From NCBI GenBank assembly GCA_043798915.1, contig JAZDOG010000031.1, positions 1 to 28,333 on the forward strand: 28,333 nucleotides of DNA, written 5' to 3'. The translations under genes were made by a program, and so were the position numbers. This document shows, piece by piece, positions 7,958 to 17,330 of the stretch. The notes beneath the pieces were generated by a model, which saw only the letters and a program-made list of their open reading frames with translations, was not told where the DNA came from and did not search any database. The stretch is from Pseudomonadota bacterium (GTDB taxonomy: Bacteria; UBA10199; 2-02-FULL-44-16; JAAZCA01). Numbering within the stretch: the first letter of the stretch is position 1; each line of letters opens with the position of its first letter.

Positions 7958-8581
7958 ATGTCACGGATCGCCGGTTTATACGCCATTGCCGACAGCGGCT
8001 GGAATCCATGCGCCACGCTTCCGGATCTCGTGCTGAAGTTTCTGGATGGCGGATGCCGCCTCGTGCAGCTCAGGATGAAATCCGCTGCGGCGGCACATAT
8101 GCGGAAAACAGCGGAGGAGATAGCTCTTCTCAAGGAGCGGAGGGAGTTCACCTTCATTGTCAACGACCACGCCGACATAGCGCTTGAAGTCGGCGCAGAC
8201 GGTGTGCACGTGGGAGAACACGACACGCCGGTCGCCGATATCAAGCGCCGCTTCGGCTCGAAGCTCATCGTGGGATATTCCTCCCACTCGATCGAGGAGG
8301 CCTGGCGCGCAGTGGATGCAGGGGCGGACTACGTCGCGTTCGGCGCGATCTTTCCGACGCGCACGAAGGGCCCAGGCCATCCGGTTCAGGGGCTCTCCCG
8401 TTTGAAGGAACTCACGGATTCAGTCGATGTCCCCGTCGTCGCCATCGGCGGGATCGGGCGCGACAACGTGCTCGATGTGCTGAAGGCCGGTGCAGATTCG
8501 GTCGCGATGATCACGGCGTTGTCCAAAGCCCCCGACATCGCGGCCGAGACGAGGTGGTTTGTGGAGGCGATCGAAAGATGA
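7958..8581 (+). CDS. thiE: Thiamine-phosphate synthase
   Basis: LYAI, VQLRMK, FIVND, ADGVHVG, GYSSH, DYVAFGAIFPTRTK, VAIGGI. Confidence 0.95.
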   Translation: MSRIAGLYAIADSGWNPCATLPDLVLKFLDGGCRLVQLRMKSAAAAHMRKTAEEIALLKERREFTFIVNDHADIALEVGADGVHVGEHDTPVADIKRRFGSKLIVGYSSHSIEEAWRAVDAGADYVAFGAIFPTRTKGPGHPVQGLSRLKELTDSVDVPVVAIGGIGRDNVLDVLKAGADSVAMITALSKAPDIAAETRWFVEAIER

Positions 8582-9345
8582 CCAAGGTAGTCCTCACAAT
8601 TGCCGGGTCCGATCCGTCAGGAGGCGCCGGCGTCCAGGCGGACCTCAAGACCTTCGCGGACCTGGGCGTGGCCGGGATCTCGGCGATCACCGCCATCACC
8701 GCGCAGGATGACGGGGCGGTGCTGGCCATCCACCCCACGCCGGCAGACGTCCTCACGCAGCAGCTCTCCACCGCGTGCAGCGGGAAGGAACTGGCGGCGG
8801 TGAAGATCGGCATGGTCGCCACCAAGGCAAATGCGCGCGCGATTGCCTGGTTTCTCAAATGCACGGCCGTTTCGCACGTGGTGATCGACCCGGTCCTCCA
8901 TTCATCCTCGGGAACCGCGCTCCTGGAGGCGAACGCCTTCAACTTCTTCCGGCAGCAGCTGCTGCCGCTCGCCACCGTCATCACCCCCAACCTCCCCGAG
9001 GCCTCGGCTCTCGCCGGCATGCAGGTGGCCGGCTTGGACACGATGAGGACCGCCGCGGAGGTGATCCACAAGGAGATGATGAATCTCAGGGGCGGCGCGA
9101 AGACCGGACCGCTCGCGATCATCATCAAAGGGGGGCACCTCGAGGGCGATGCCATAGATGTCCTCTTCGACGGCGAGAAATATCATTCCTTTCCGGCAGC
9201 CCGCATCGCGGGAAAAAGCCCGCGCGGCACCGGCTGCCGCTTCGCCTCGGCGATCGCCGTCCATCTGGCGAAGGGCGAAAACCTCGTCACCGCCGTGACC
9301 AGAGCCAAGGAATATCTCGCCTGGTATATTTCAAAGGCTTCCTGA
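8578..9345 (+). CDS. thiD: Hydroxymethylpyrimidine/phosphomethylpyrimidine kinase
   Basis: TIAGSDPSGGAGVQADLKT, KIGM, DPV, TPNLPEA, KGGH, GTGC; ATGA overlap with thiE. Confidence 0.93.
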   Translation: MTKVVLTIAGSDPSGGAGVQADLKTFADLGVAGISAITAITAQDDGAVLAIHPTPADVLTQQLSTACSGKELAAVKIGMVATKANARAIAWFLKCTAVSHVVIDPVLHSSSGTALLEANAFNFFRQQLLPLATVITPNLPEASALAGMQVAGLDTMRTAAEVIHKEMMNLRGGAKTGPLAIIIKGGHLEGDAIDVLFDGEKYHSFPAARIAGKSPRGTGCRFASAIAVHLAKGENLVTAVTRAKEYLAWYISKAS

Positions 9346-9429
9346 CCCACACCGTCATATTTCCGACACTGCAGGGTAATTTCGAACCCGCCGCGTTTCA
9401 TTATAAGGAGCATTTGAACGCATTTCTCA

Positions 9430-9445
9430 TGGCATGGATTTTGCT
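9430..9445 (+). promoter_or_regulatory. Putative sigma54 (-24/-12) promoter
   Basis: TGGCATGGATTTTGCT (GG-N10-GC, TTGC), intergenic, 55 nt before ATG 9500. Confidence 0.7.
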
Positions 9446-9499
9446 CCGTAATAGTCGTCGTGGGTTTGTGTGCAGGATAGGGCTTGGAAGGGGGATGCC

Positions 9500-9931
9500 A
9501 TGGGGATCGATCCGCAGAAACTCGGTAAAATTCTCGAGAAACATCAGCCGCCGGACGGGGGGAGCGCCCTCTGCCTCAGGGGGCCGGGCGGCGATACGCT
9601 CGTGCTTCAACCTGAGGGTGATCACATCGAGGCCACATACAATGTCCCGATGGGCCCTGGCGAGACGGTTACAATCCAGAGAAATCGGTGCGTCGTTGGA
9701 GATGTGGATAAGGACTTGAGGCTCTACATGTTTAAGGGAGGAACGGTGTCATACTGCGAGCGCCTGTGCATGGGCCCGGGAGGACAGGCCCAAAGCGCGG
9801 AGATCGACGAAGATATGAAGAAGGCGGATGAAGCCCTGATAAAGAGCGCGGACATCCTTTTTAGAAAGGCGATAGACGAGGCAACCGAAAATGAAGGAAT
9901 CAAGGCAGTGTCCGCCTACAAAGGTGTTTGA
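9500..9931 (+). CDS. Hypothetical orphan protein (143 aa)
   Basis: AAGGGGG SD before MGIDPQK; natural composition; sigma54 box upstream. Confidence 0.65.
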   Translation: MGIDPQKLGKILEKHQPPDGGSALCLRGPGGDTLVLQPEGDHIEATYNVPMGPGETVTIQRNRCVVGDVDKDLRLYMFKGGTVSYCERLCMGPGGQAQSAEIDEDMKKADEALIKSADILFRKAIDEATENEGIKAVSAYKGV

Positions 9932-11016
9932 GGGACATTCCATCCAAGTGAGGCAAGCTCGACAGGATGGCCGTCGGCCGTCATATCCGCACCCACCGTA
10001 AATCCGATCGCTCCGTCAGAAAATGTCGTCGCGAGGTTGACCATCATGAACTTCGTCCTTCCGGGGGCGATTGAGCCGAATGCGCCGCCGTAGAAGGCCC
10101 GATGCTCGGACTCGTTCTCGCCGATGAAGGCGATCGCCCGGTCGACCGGTTCGCCCGCCATCGTGGCGGAGGGGAGGGCGTCGGCGAGCATGTCGACGAT
10201 CTTGCATGGGCGAACATTGCCCTTCAATTGCAGGATGGTCTCGCGCGACAGGAGGATGGCGTGCGCGTCCTCGTTTGTGAACATCGCGCGCACCGACCCG
10301 CCGGGTCCGGAGAGCAGGAGTTCGCCGACGGGCGTCCGGTTCGAAGAGGGCAGCGAGACGCGCCGCGCGACGTGCAGCCGCGTGAGCTTTTCAGAGCGCA
10401 GCCACGAGAAGGCGCTTTCGAGCTGCTTCCTGAACTCCCTCCCAGCCGGGGCGGCGCGCATTTCAGAAGGGAGATGCGGCGGGGCCGCTTCGGTTTGCGG
10501 AGGCAGAGGCGCGGCCTCGACGCGATCGAGGAGTATGTGCGCATCCCTTGAGGCCGCCTTCGGATCGGGGTTGCAGGATACGATGAAGGAGGTCCCCTCG
10601 ATATGATCGAAGATGGCAGCGGTGTGATAGATGCCGAAGGAGCACTGTGGATAGCGCGAGAAGCCGCGCGCCGGCTCGAACCCGCCGAGCGCCCTTGCGC
10701 CCTCGAAGCCGATATAGCCGATGCACCCGCCGGAGAACGGCAGATACGGATCGTTTGCGAGATTTAAGACGGGCTCGATGAAACGGGAGAGCGCCTCGCC
10801 GGGGCTGTCTATGGCGGTGTGGCCGTCGACGGTCACGAATGCGCCCGTGAAAGAAAACGCGCGGGAAGGCTCTGATGCGACAATCGAGCATCGCGCGAGC
10901 GCCCCGCCGGACGACCTCGCATCCACCGCGACGAATCCACGGTCGGAGGCGAGCGCCGACGCGGCCCTCTCAAACGAAACACCCTCGAGCGGAAGTATGA
11001 ACGGGAGGCGGGACAT
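9916..11016 (-). CDS. Degenerate anthranilate synthase component I / PabB-like protein
   Basis: N-terminal PFSGGCIGYIGFE and FDH; C-terminal LPSATMAGEPVDRAI..E..HRAFYGGAFG. Central catalytic segment is missing. Confidence 0.7.
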   Translation of the reverse strand: MSRLPFILPLEGVSFERAASALASDRGFVAVDARSSGGALARCSIVASEPSRAFSFTGAFVTVDGHTAIDSPGEALSRFIEPVLNLANDPYLPFSGGCIGYIGFEGARALGGFEPARGFSRYPQCSFGIYHTAAIFDHIEGTSFIVSCNPDPKAASRDAHILLDRVEAAPLPPQTEAAPPHLPSEMRAAPAGREFRKQLESAFSWLRSEKLTRLHVARRVSLPSSNRTPVGELLLSGPGGSVRAMFTNEDAHAILLSRETILQLKGNVRPCKIVDMLADALPSATMAGEPVDRAIAFIGENESEHRAFYGGAFGSIAPGRTKFMMVNLATTFSDGAIGFTVGADMTADGHPVELASLGWNVPQTPL

Positions 11017-11053
11017 GTCCAATATCAACCACAACGCGGCCTCGGAGTCAAAC

Positions 11054-11329
11054 TCAGCCTCTCTTGTCCAGTCTGCGATAGACATCCTTGCGATGCGCAG
11101 CGACCAGGAAGATGATTTTGCGCGCGGGGTTGTCGATGTAATAGACGATGCGGTAGTCGCCCATCCGATACCTGTAGAGATGGGCCTGGCCGAACAACTT
11201 TCTTGCGGGCACGGCGAACGGATCTTTTCGAATATGCTCCACGGCCAGCGCCAGCCTCTCCCTGGCCTCTCTGGGGAGCTTCAGCACGTCTTTGAAAAAA
11301 CCAGGTTTGTAGGTGGCTGTGTAGGACAT
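11054..11329 (-). CDS. RelE/ParE family toxin
   Basis: RKLFG...YRYRMGDYRIVY.ID...AAHRKDVY. Alternative TTG start at 11341. Confidence 0.9.
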   Translation of the reverse strand: MSYTATYKPGFFKDVLKLPREARERLALAVEHIRKDPFAVPARKLFGQAHLYRYRMGDYRIVYYIDNPARKIIFLVAAHRKDVYRRLDKRG

Positions 11330-11337
11330 GGCTCCGA

Positions 11338-11571
11338 TCAATGCCCCCTGGAGAGCAGCCGCTCAAATTCTTTATGAGAATGCTCGCCCGGTTCGGCAAG
11401 CCTCGACAGGGCCATCTCGACGAGCGCCTCCTCCTCGCGCATCTCGTCTATCCTCTCCCGCAGGGCCTCTTCGACGATCCGGCTGATCGTCAAACCCCGC
11501 TCTTCGCATATGGAGTCGAGGTCATCCTTCAGCTTCTCTGAAACCTGTGTGGCCAGCGCCGTCTTGCCCAT
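11338..11571 (-). CDS. Ribbon-helix-helix antitoxin
   Basis: KTALATQVSEKLKDDLDSICEERGLTISRIVEEAL plus acidic C-terminus; GGAGGA SD; directly upstream of the toxin. Confidence 0.8.
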   Translation of the reverse strand: MGKTALATQVSEKLKDDLDSICEERGLTISRIVEEALRERIDEMREEEALVEMALSRLAEPGEHSHKEFERLLSRGH

Positions 11572-11580
11572 AATTCTCCT

Positions 11581-11630
11581 CCATTCTAGAACCTTATAGA
11601 ATTATATAGAAAATGGACATCAATCGTCAA
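11581..11630 (-). promoter_or_regulatory. Sigma70 promoter of TA operon overlapped by phased TAGAA repeats
   Basis: TTGACG (11630-11625), 18-nt spacer, TATAAT (11606-11601); TAGAA at 11587, 11597 and 11607. Confidence 0.7.
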
Positions 11631-11695
11631 GATTTAAGATTCTCGTTGCCACACGCCGGCTTTGCAAAAGCCTCCGCGTCTGGTAAAGAAGCGAC

Positions 11696-13402
11696 ATGGG
11701 CCACGCTATCCTTCGCGATGTCCTTGTCATCTTTGCGGTGGCGGTGCCGGTCGTCCTCATCGCCCATCGCCTCCGTTTCCCGTCCATCGTGGGCTTTCTG
11801 ATCACCGGGTTCGTCATCGGTCCGCATCTTCTGGGGCTCGTCCCGGACATCGAGGAGATAAGGGTGCTGGCCGAGGTGGGAGTCGCGCTCCTGCTCTTCT
11901 CGATAGGGCTCGAGTTCAGCTTCGAGCGCCTGAAGGGCTGGGGGAGGCCGATAGTCGGCATGGGCGCTCTGCAGGTCCTTATCACGGCGGCCGTGGGGTT
12001 CGTCGCCGGCTTGGCACTCGGCTGGAGCGTGGCGGAGAGCGCTTTCTTCGGGTGCGCGATTGCCCTCTCTTCCACCGCCATAGTCATGGCCGTCCTCTCC
12101 CACAAGCGATGGTTCGACGCCCCGGCGGGACGCATCGTCACCGGCATTCTGATACTTCAGGATCTGGCCGTGATCCCGATGATGGTGCTGCTCAAGCTCC
12201 TGTTCATGGTGCCGGGCGGTCTGGGCGGCGGGATGATCGTCGTGGCTGCGGCGAAGCTCGCGGCGCTTGCCCTCGTGATAGCAGTCATGTCGCGATGGTT
12301 CTTGAGCCCTATCCTGCGTTATGTTTCCAAACCGCGCAGCAAGGAGCTCTTCGTCGTCATCATCGTCGGGATCGCCATCGGCGCCGCCTATGCGACCGAA
12401 CGCATGGGGCTCTCGTTTGCCCTCGGCGCGTTTCTCGCCGGGCTTCTCGTCTCGAACACCGACTTCCGCTTTCACGCACTCTCGGAGATAGCGCCGTTCC
12501 GCTATTGCTTCAACGGCCTCTTTTTCGTCTCGCTGGGGATGATCGTCGACCCTTCCTTTATCGCCGGACACTGGACTTCGGTGGCGCTCCTCGTCGCCGT
12601 CATCCTGATCGCCAAGTCGGTGATCGTGGCCGGCTCCGTGGTCGCCTTCGGATATCCGCTGGCCATCGCGGCATCGGGTGCGCTGATGCTAGCCCAGGTG
12701 GGCGAGTTCTCGTTCATGCTCGTCTTCTTCGGCTGGCAGGCGGGCGTTCTGCATTTCGATTTCTACCAGCTCGTCGTGGATGCGTCGGCGATCACGATGG
12801 TCCTGGCGCCATTTGCAGTGGCGATGGCGCCCTCGCTTGGCGAAAAGCTTGCGTCCGTATCTTCAGGTTTAAAATTTCTGGGAAGGGGCGCGAAGATGCA
12901 TCTGCCGGACGAGGACGGCGCCCTCTCCGGGCATGCTGTCATCTGTGGATTCGGCCCTCTAGGGATGACGGTGGGAAAACTCCTCAGCTGTCGAGGCATA
13001 CCGTACGTCGTCCTCGAGCTTAATCCGGTGACTGCGGACCGCGTCAGCAAGGGCGGCGGCCGCGCCTACGTCGGCGACGGGGCGAGCGGTTCGCTCTTGC
13101 ACCACAGCGGCGTCGGGAGCGCGAAGCTGCTGGCCGTGGCAGTCCCGGACCACCTGAATGCGGCCGCGATAATCGCGCAGGCGCGCAGGATGAACGAGGA
13201 GATATACATCATCACGCGCAGCCGGTACCGCGACCAGGTTCAGCTCCTCTACGACGCGGGGGCGGACGTCGTGGTCTGCGAGGAACTGGAGGGCGGGATA
13301 GAGATGGGCCGCTATATCCTCGAGGAACTCTCCGTTCCCCGCGATGAGATATCCGGGATATTCAAAGAGATCAGGGCCTTCGGCAGCGCGGATTTCTTCT
13401 GA
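11696..13402 (+). CDS. CPA2 cation:proton antiporter (Kef/YbaL-like) with TrkA-N domain
   Basis: LLLFSIGLEFS, ALSSTAIV, LILQD, LGAFLAG, LAQVGEFSF; C-terminal ICGFGPLG and GDGA. Confidence 0.92.
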   Translation: MGHAILRDVLVIFAVAVPVVLIAHRLRFPSIVGFLITGFVIGPHLLGLVPDIEEIRVLAEVGVALLLFSIGLEFSFERLKGWGRPIVGMGALQVLITAAVGFVAGLALGWSVAESAFFGCAIALSSTAIVMAVLSHKRWFDAPAGRIVTGILILQDLAVIPMMVLLKLLFMVPGGLGGGMIVVAAAKLAALALVIAVMSRWFLSPILRYVSKPRSKELFVVIIVGIAIGAAYATERMGLSFALGAFLAGLLVSNTDFRFHALSEIAPFRYCFNGLFFVSLGMIVDPSFIAGHWTSVALLVAVILIAKSVIVAGSVVAFGYPLAIAASGALMLAQVGEFSFMLVFFGWQAGVLHFDFYQLVVDASAITMVLAPFAVAMAPSLGEKLASVSSGLKFLGRGAKMHLPDEDGALSGHAVICGFGPLGMTVGKLLSCRGIPYVVLELNPVTADRVSKGGGRAYVGDGASGSLLHHSGVGSAKLLAVAVPDHLNAAAIIAQARRMNEEIYIITRSRYRDQVQLLYDAGADVVVCEELEGGIEMGRYILEELSVPRDEISGIFKEIRAFGSADFF

Positions 13403-13497
13403 AATTTCCCGCATGAAATTCTTTACAGCCGGTCCGTTTTGGTGCTACGAACGCCTCCGTTTCAGCTTTTCCCCATCAATTCCAAAGGAGGGCTGCC

Positions 13498-14754
13498 ATG
13501 GCTATCGAGAAACAGAATCCATTCAAGATTGCGCAGCAGCAGCTGGACGAGGCGGCGAAGTTGCTGGGTCTGGACGCTGGCACGCATGCGGCGTTGCGCG
13601 AACCGTTGCGCGAACTGCACGTCTCGTTGCCCGTGAAAATGGACAACGGACAGTTCCGCGTCTTCAAGGGCTTCCGCGTTCAGTACAACGACGCGCGCGG
13701 TCCCACCAAGGGCGGCATCCGCTTTCACCCGGACGAGACGATCGACACGGTGAGGGCCCTGGCGGCGTGGATGACGTGGAAGTGCGCCGTCGTCGACATC
13801 CCCCTTGGCGGCGGCAAGGGCGGGGTCATCTGCAATCCGAAGGAGATGAGTCCCGGCGAGATCGAGCGCCTTTCGCGCCAGTATGTGAGACAGGTCGGGC
13901 GAATCATCGGCATCGATAAGGACGTTCCGGCGCCGGATGTCTACACCACGCCGCAGATCATGGCGTGGATGATGGACGAATACTATTGGCAGAAGGGGTA
14001 CAACGAGCCCGGCGTCATCACCGGCAAACCGCTGCCGCTCGGCGGATCCAAGGGCCGCAACGACGCCACCGCCAGAGGCGGCGTATACTGCGTGCGCGAG
14101 GCGGCCAAGGTCCTGGGGATCGACGCCTCCAAGGCCACCTACGCCATACAGGGATTTGGAAACGCCGGGCAGTATGCGGCGACTCTGATGAACGAGATCC
14201 TGGGCAGCAGGAAGCTGCTCGCAGTCTCCGATTCGCGCGGCGGCGTCTACAACCCCGAGGGGATAGATGCCAGCTCGGTCGTCAAGTACAAGCTGGAGAC
14301 CGGCAAGCTTGAGGGGTTCCCCGGCACGAAGCCGATAACCAACGAGGAGCTCCTGGAGCTCAATGTCGACATCCTCTTCCCGTCGGCCCTTGAGAACTGC
14401 ATCACGGCGCAGAACGCGGGCAACGTAAGGGCAAAGATCATCGCCGAGCTCGCCAACGGGCCGACCACGCCGGAGGCCGACCAGATCCTCCACAAAAAAG
14501 GGACGTTCGTGATCCCGGATTTCCTGTGCAACGCGGGCGGCGTGACCGTCTCCTATTTCGAGATGGTTCAGAACAGCTACAATTTCTACTGGGAGCTCCC
14601 GGAAGTGCACCAGCGCCTCGACGAGAAGATGACGGCCGCTTTCAGGGCAGTCCACAACATGCGCGAGAGCCACAAGGTCCACAACCGGCTCGCGGCCTAT
14701 CTCGTCGCCGTGCAGCGCGTGGCGGAGGCGATGAAGCTGCGCGGTTGGGTATAG
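13498..14754 (+). CDS. gdhA: Glu/Leu/Phe/Val dehydrogenase (glutamate dehydrogenase)
   Basis: [62 protein letters not shown]. Confidence 0.93.
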   Translation: MAIEKQNPFKIAQQQLDEAAKLLGLDAGTHAALREPLRELHVSLPVKMDNGQFRVFKGFRVQYNDARGPTKGGIRFHPDETIDTVRALAAWMTWKCAVVDIPLGGGKGGVICNPKEMSPGEIERLSRQYVRQVGRIIGIDKDVPAPDVYTTPQIMAWMMDEYYWQKGYNEPGVITGKPLPLGGSKGRNDATARGGVYCVREAAKVLGIDASKATYAIQGFGNAGQYAATLMNEILGSRKLLAVSDSRGGVYNPEGIDASSVVKYKLETGKLEGFPGTKPITNEELLELNVDILFPSALENCITAQNAGNVRAKIIAELANGPTTPEADQILHKKGTFVIPDFLCNAGGVTVSYFEMVQNSYNFYWELPEVHQRLDEKMTAAFRAVHNMRESHKVHNRLAAYLVAVQRVAEAMKLRGWV

Positions 14755-14755
14755 A

Positions 14756-14771
14756 ATCGAACCGGTTCGAT
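14756..14771. repeat. Perfect 16-bp palindrome
   Basis: ATCGAACCGGTTCGAT equals its own reverse complement. Confidence 0.6.
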
Positions 14772-14788
14772 GATCCAGGGGGGCACTG

Positions 14789-16117
14789 ATGAGCAGCGAG
14801 GCTGCCGCTTGCGCAGTTGGGGTTCCGGCCGTCAAAAAAGGGCATCCGAAAGGCCTCTACGTCCTCTTCTTCACCGAGATGTGGGAGAGGTTTTGCTACT
14901 ATGGAATGCGCACGATCCTCGTCTACTACATGACGAAGTCCCTCCTCTTTTCCCAGGAAAAATCTTCGCAGATATACGGCCTCTATACCGGGCTCACATA
15001 TTTCATGGCGCTCTTCGGCGGCATCCTGGCCGACAGGGTGATCGGCCAGAGAAAGGCGGTCATCCTCGGCGGCGCGCTGATGGCGGTCGGCGAGTTCATG
15101 CTGATGTCGAAGAGCCTCTTTTTCCCGGGGCTGTTTTTCCTGATCCTGGGAGTCGGCGCGCTCAAGCCCAACATCTCGACGCAGGTGGGAAGCCTCTACG
15201 CGCAGGGCGATCACAGGCGCGACCGGGCATTCAGCATCTTCTACGTCGGGATCAACGTCGGCGCATTCATCTCTCCGCTCATCTGCGGCACGATCGGCGA
15301 ACTCTACGGATGGAACTACGGGTTTGGCGCCGCAGGCCTCGGCATGATCCTGGGCCTTATCATATACCTGTGCGGGCAGAAATATCTCGCGCCCGACAAT
15401 ACAATGAAAAAGAAGGCGGCCGGCGAAGCCGCGAAGAAGGCTGGGCCTATGGCCCACGACGACAAGAGCAAGATCGTCGCGCTCCTCGTCCTCTGCCTCT
15501 TCAACATCGTCTTCTGGGCGATATACGAACAGCAGGGGAATACGCTGGCCCTCTGGATGGACGCAAACACGAACCGGCATATTTTTGGCTGGGAGATGCC
15601 GGCCACCTGGTTCCAGTCGTTCAACCCCATCATGATCTTCGCCTTCACGCCGCTGCTTACGATGTTCTGGGCGCGGCAGGCGAAGAGGGGGAAGGAGCCC
15701 TCCAGCATCGCCAAGATGGCGATCGGCTGCATCCTCGGAGGACTCTCGTTCCTCGTCCTCATCCCTGCGGCCGGGGCATACGCGGACCATGGCAGCGCCA
15801 GCGTGTTGTGGCTCGTGCTCAACACCGCCATCCTCACGTTTGGCGAACTCTACCTCTCCCCGATCGGCCTGTCGCTCGTCACGAAGATAGCGCCGATAAG
15901 GATGGTCTCCATGTTCATGGGGCTGTGGTTCTTTGCAATGTTCGGCGGCAATTATCTCTGCGGTTTCCTGGGGACGTTCTGGGAGAAGATGCCCAAGTCG
16001 GATTTTTTCCTGATGCTCGCGCTGCTCAGCTGCGGCGCCGGTCTTGGAATTTTCACGGTTTTGAAACCCCTCAAGAAGGCGATCGGCCATGGGCATGAGG
16101 AGACAGTCGACGTCTAG
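14789..16117 (+). CDS. Proton-dependent oligopeptide transporter (POT/PTR family MFS)
   Basis: GHPKGL, EMWERFCYYGMR (ExxERFxYY), KPNIS, FYVGINVGA, EQ, GELYLSPIG. Confidence 0.95.
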   Translation: MSSEAAACAVGVPAVKKGHPKGLYVLFFTEMWERFCYYGMRTILVYYMTKSLLFSQEKSSQIYGLYTGLTYFMALFGGILADRVIGQRKAVILGGALMAVGEFMLMSKSLFFPGLFFLILGVGALKPNISTQVGSLYAQGDHRRDRAFSIFYVGINVGAFISPLICGTIGELYGWNYGFGAAGLGMILGLIIYLCGQKYLAPDNTMKKKAAGEAAKKAGPMAHDDKSKIVALLVLCLFNIVFWAIYEQQGNTLALWMDANTNRHIFGWEMPATWFQSFNPIMIFAFTPLLTMFWARQAKRGKEPSSIAKMAIGCILGGLSFLVLIPAAGAYADHGSASVLWLVLNTAILTFGELYLSPIGLSLVTKIAPIRMVSMFMGLWFFAMFGGNYLCGFLGTFWEKMPKSDFFLMLALLSCGAGLGIFTVLKPLKKAIGHGHEETVDV

Positions 16118-17249
16118 TCTTGGTATCTACGTCCACATCCCGTTCTGTCTGAGGAAGTGCGACTACTGCGACTTCTTCTCGGTGTCCTCTGCCCGGGGCG
16201 ATGTGCCGCACGAAGAATATCTCCGCGCGCTGGCGGGACAGCTCAGGCGTGATGCCGCCGCGCATGATCTCGAAGGTGCGAGCGTCGCCACCGTATACTT
16301 CGGGGGCGGCACGCCCTCCCTCATGCCGCCCGTTTTCTTCGAGGGCATCCTCTCAGAGATCGGCAGAGTTTTTTCGCTCGATCCCGGTGCTGAGATAAGC
16401 TCTGAGGTAAACCCGGCGACCGTTGACGGGAGATGGTTTCGCGAGGTTCGTAAAGCAGGTATCAGCAGGGTCTCCATCGGCGTTCAGTCATTCAACCCCG
16501 CTCTTCTTGAGTCCCTGGGCCGCATTCATTCGCCCGAGGATGCGATGCGAGCGATAGCGGAGGCGCAGGAGGGAGGTTTTGAGGGCGCAGGCGTCGATCT
16601 CATGTATGCGATTCCTGGCGAGACGATGCATGACCTCGAGGACGACGTCCGCACCGCGATGGCGTTCCAGCCGGGGCACATATCGGCGTATCAGCTGACG
16701 ATCGAGGAAGGGACGCCCCTGGCGACGCGCTGCGTGAGACAGCTTCCGGAAGACGACCAGTTAAAACAAATGCGCACTGTTGCCCGGATGCTTTCGCGCG
16801 GCGGCTGGAACCGATACGAGATATCCAATTTCGCAAGGCCGGGCCTCGAGTGCGGGCACAATCTCAATTACTGGAGATACGGAGAATACCTGGGTCTCGG
16901 CGCTGGGGCGGCGTCATTTGTCTTCGCAGAGTTGCCTTTTTTTGCAAAACGCTTCACCCAGATCCGCGATGTCGCGAGATACATGGCCGGGACTTCTGAG
17001 CTGGTCGAGGCCGAAGACATCGACCCCCGCACCGCGATGGGAGAATTCTGTTTCCTTGGTCTCAGGGCTTCGGAGGGAATTTCAGCGGAGGCGTTTGAAA
17101 AACTCTTCGGCGTTCAGCTCGAATCCGTCTTCGGCGCCCCTCTTGAAAAACTGGTCGCGGAGAAACTCCTCCTCAAGGATTCGAACCGATTCTCCCTCAC
17201 GCAGAGAGGTGTGGAACTTTCAAATCAGGTCTTCGAGAACTTCGTTTAG
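16095..17249 (+). CDS. hemW: Radical SAM heme chaperone HemW (HemN-like)
   Basis: YVHIPFCLRKCDYCDF, YFGGGTPS, YEISNF and HNLNYW (HNxxYW). Start 16089 or 16095. Confidence 0.88.
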   Translation: MRRQSTSSLGIYVHIPFCLRKCDYCDFFSVSSARGDVPHEEYLRALAGQLRRDAAAHDLEGASVATVYFGGGTPSLMPPVFFEGILSEIGRVFSLDPGAEISSEVNPATVDGRWFREVRKAGISRVSIGVQSFNPALLESLGRIHSPEDAMRAIAEAQEGGFEGAGVDLMYAIPGETMHDLEDDVRTAMAFQPGHISAYQLTIEEGTPLATRCVRQLPEDDQLKQMRTVARMLSRGGWNRYEISNFARPGLECGHNLNYWRYGEYLGLGAGAASFVFAELPFFAKRFTQIRDVARYMAGTSELVEAEDIDPRTAMGEFCFLGLRASEGISAEAFEKLFGVQLESVFGAPLEKLVAEKLLLKDSNRFSLTQRGVELSNQVFENFV

Positions 17250-17264
17250 GCGCTTCTCTTTTCA

Positions 17265-17293
17265 TTGCCATCTGTCAAAAAATCGCAGATAAT
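17265..17293 (+). promoter_or_regulatory. Putative sigma70 promoter
   Basis: TTGCCA, 17-nt spacer, GATAAT upstream of GTG 17331. Confidence 0.5.
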
Positions 17294-17330
17294 ACATGCA
17301 GGTTATGCGAGAGGGGGGTTTCAAACCACC

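Noticed and set aside
11662..13023. 453-aa alternative-frame ORF inside the antiporter (similarly 14770-16098 and 8775-9719)
   Set aside because: Arg/Gly/Pro-rich off-frame translation overlapping a clear gene.
14756..14771. LexA (CGAAC-N4-GTTCG) box
   Set aside because: Spacer is 2 nt, not 4, and no SOS gene follows.
13462..16096. Long antisense ORFs (457 and 484 aa) opposite gdhA and the POT transporter
   Set aside because: Typical stop-poor shadows of high-GC codon usage; no motifs or SD.
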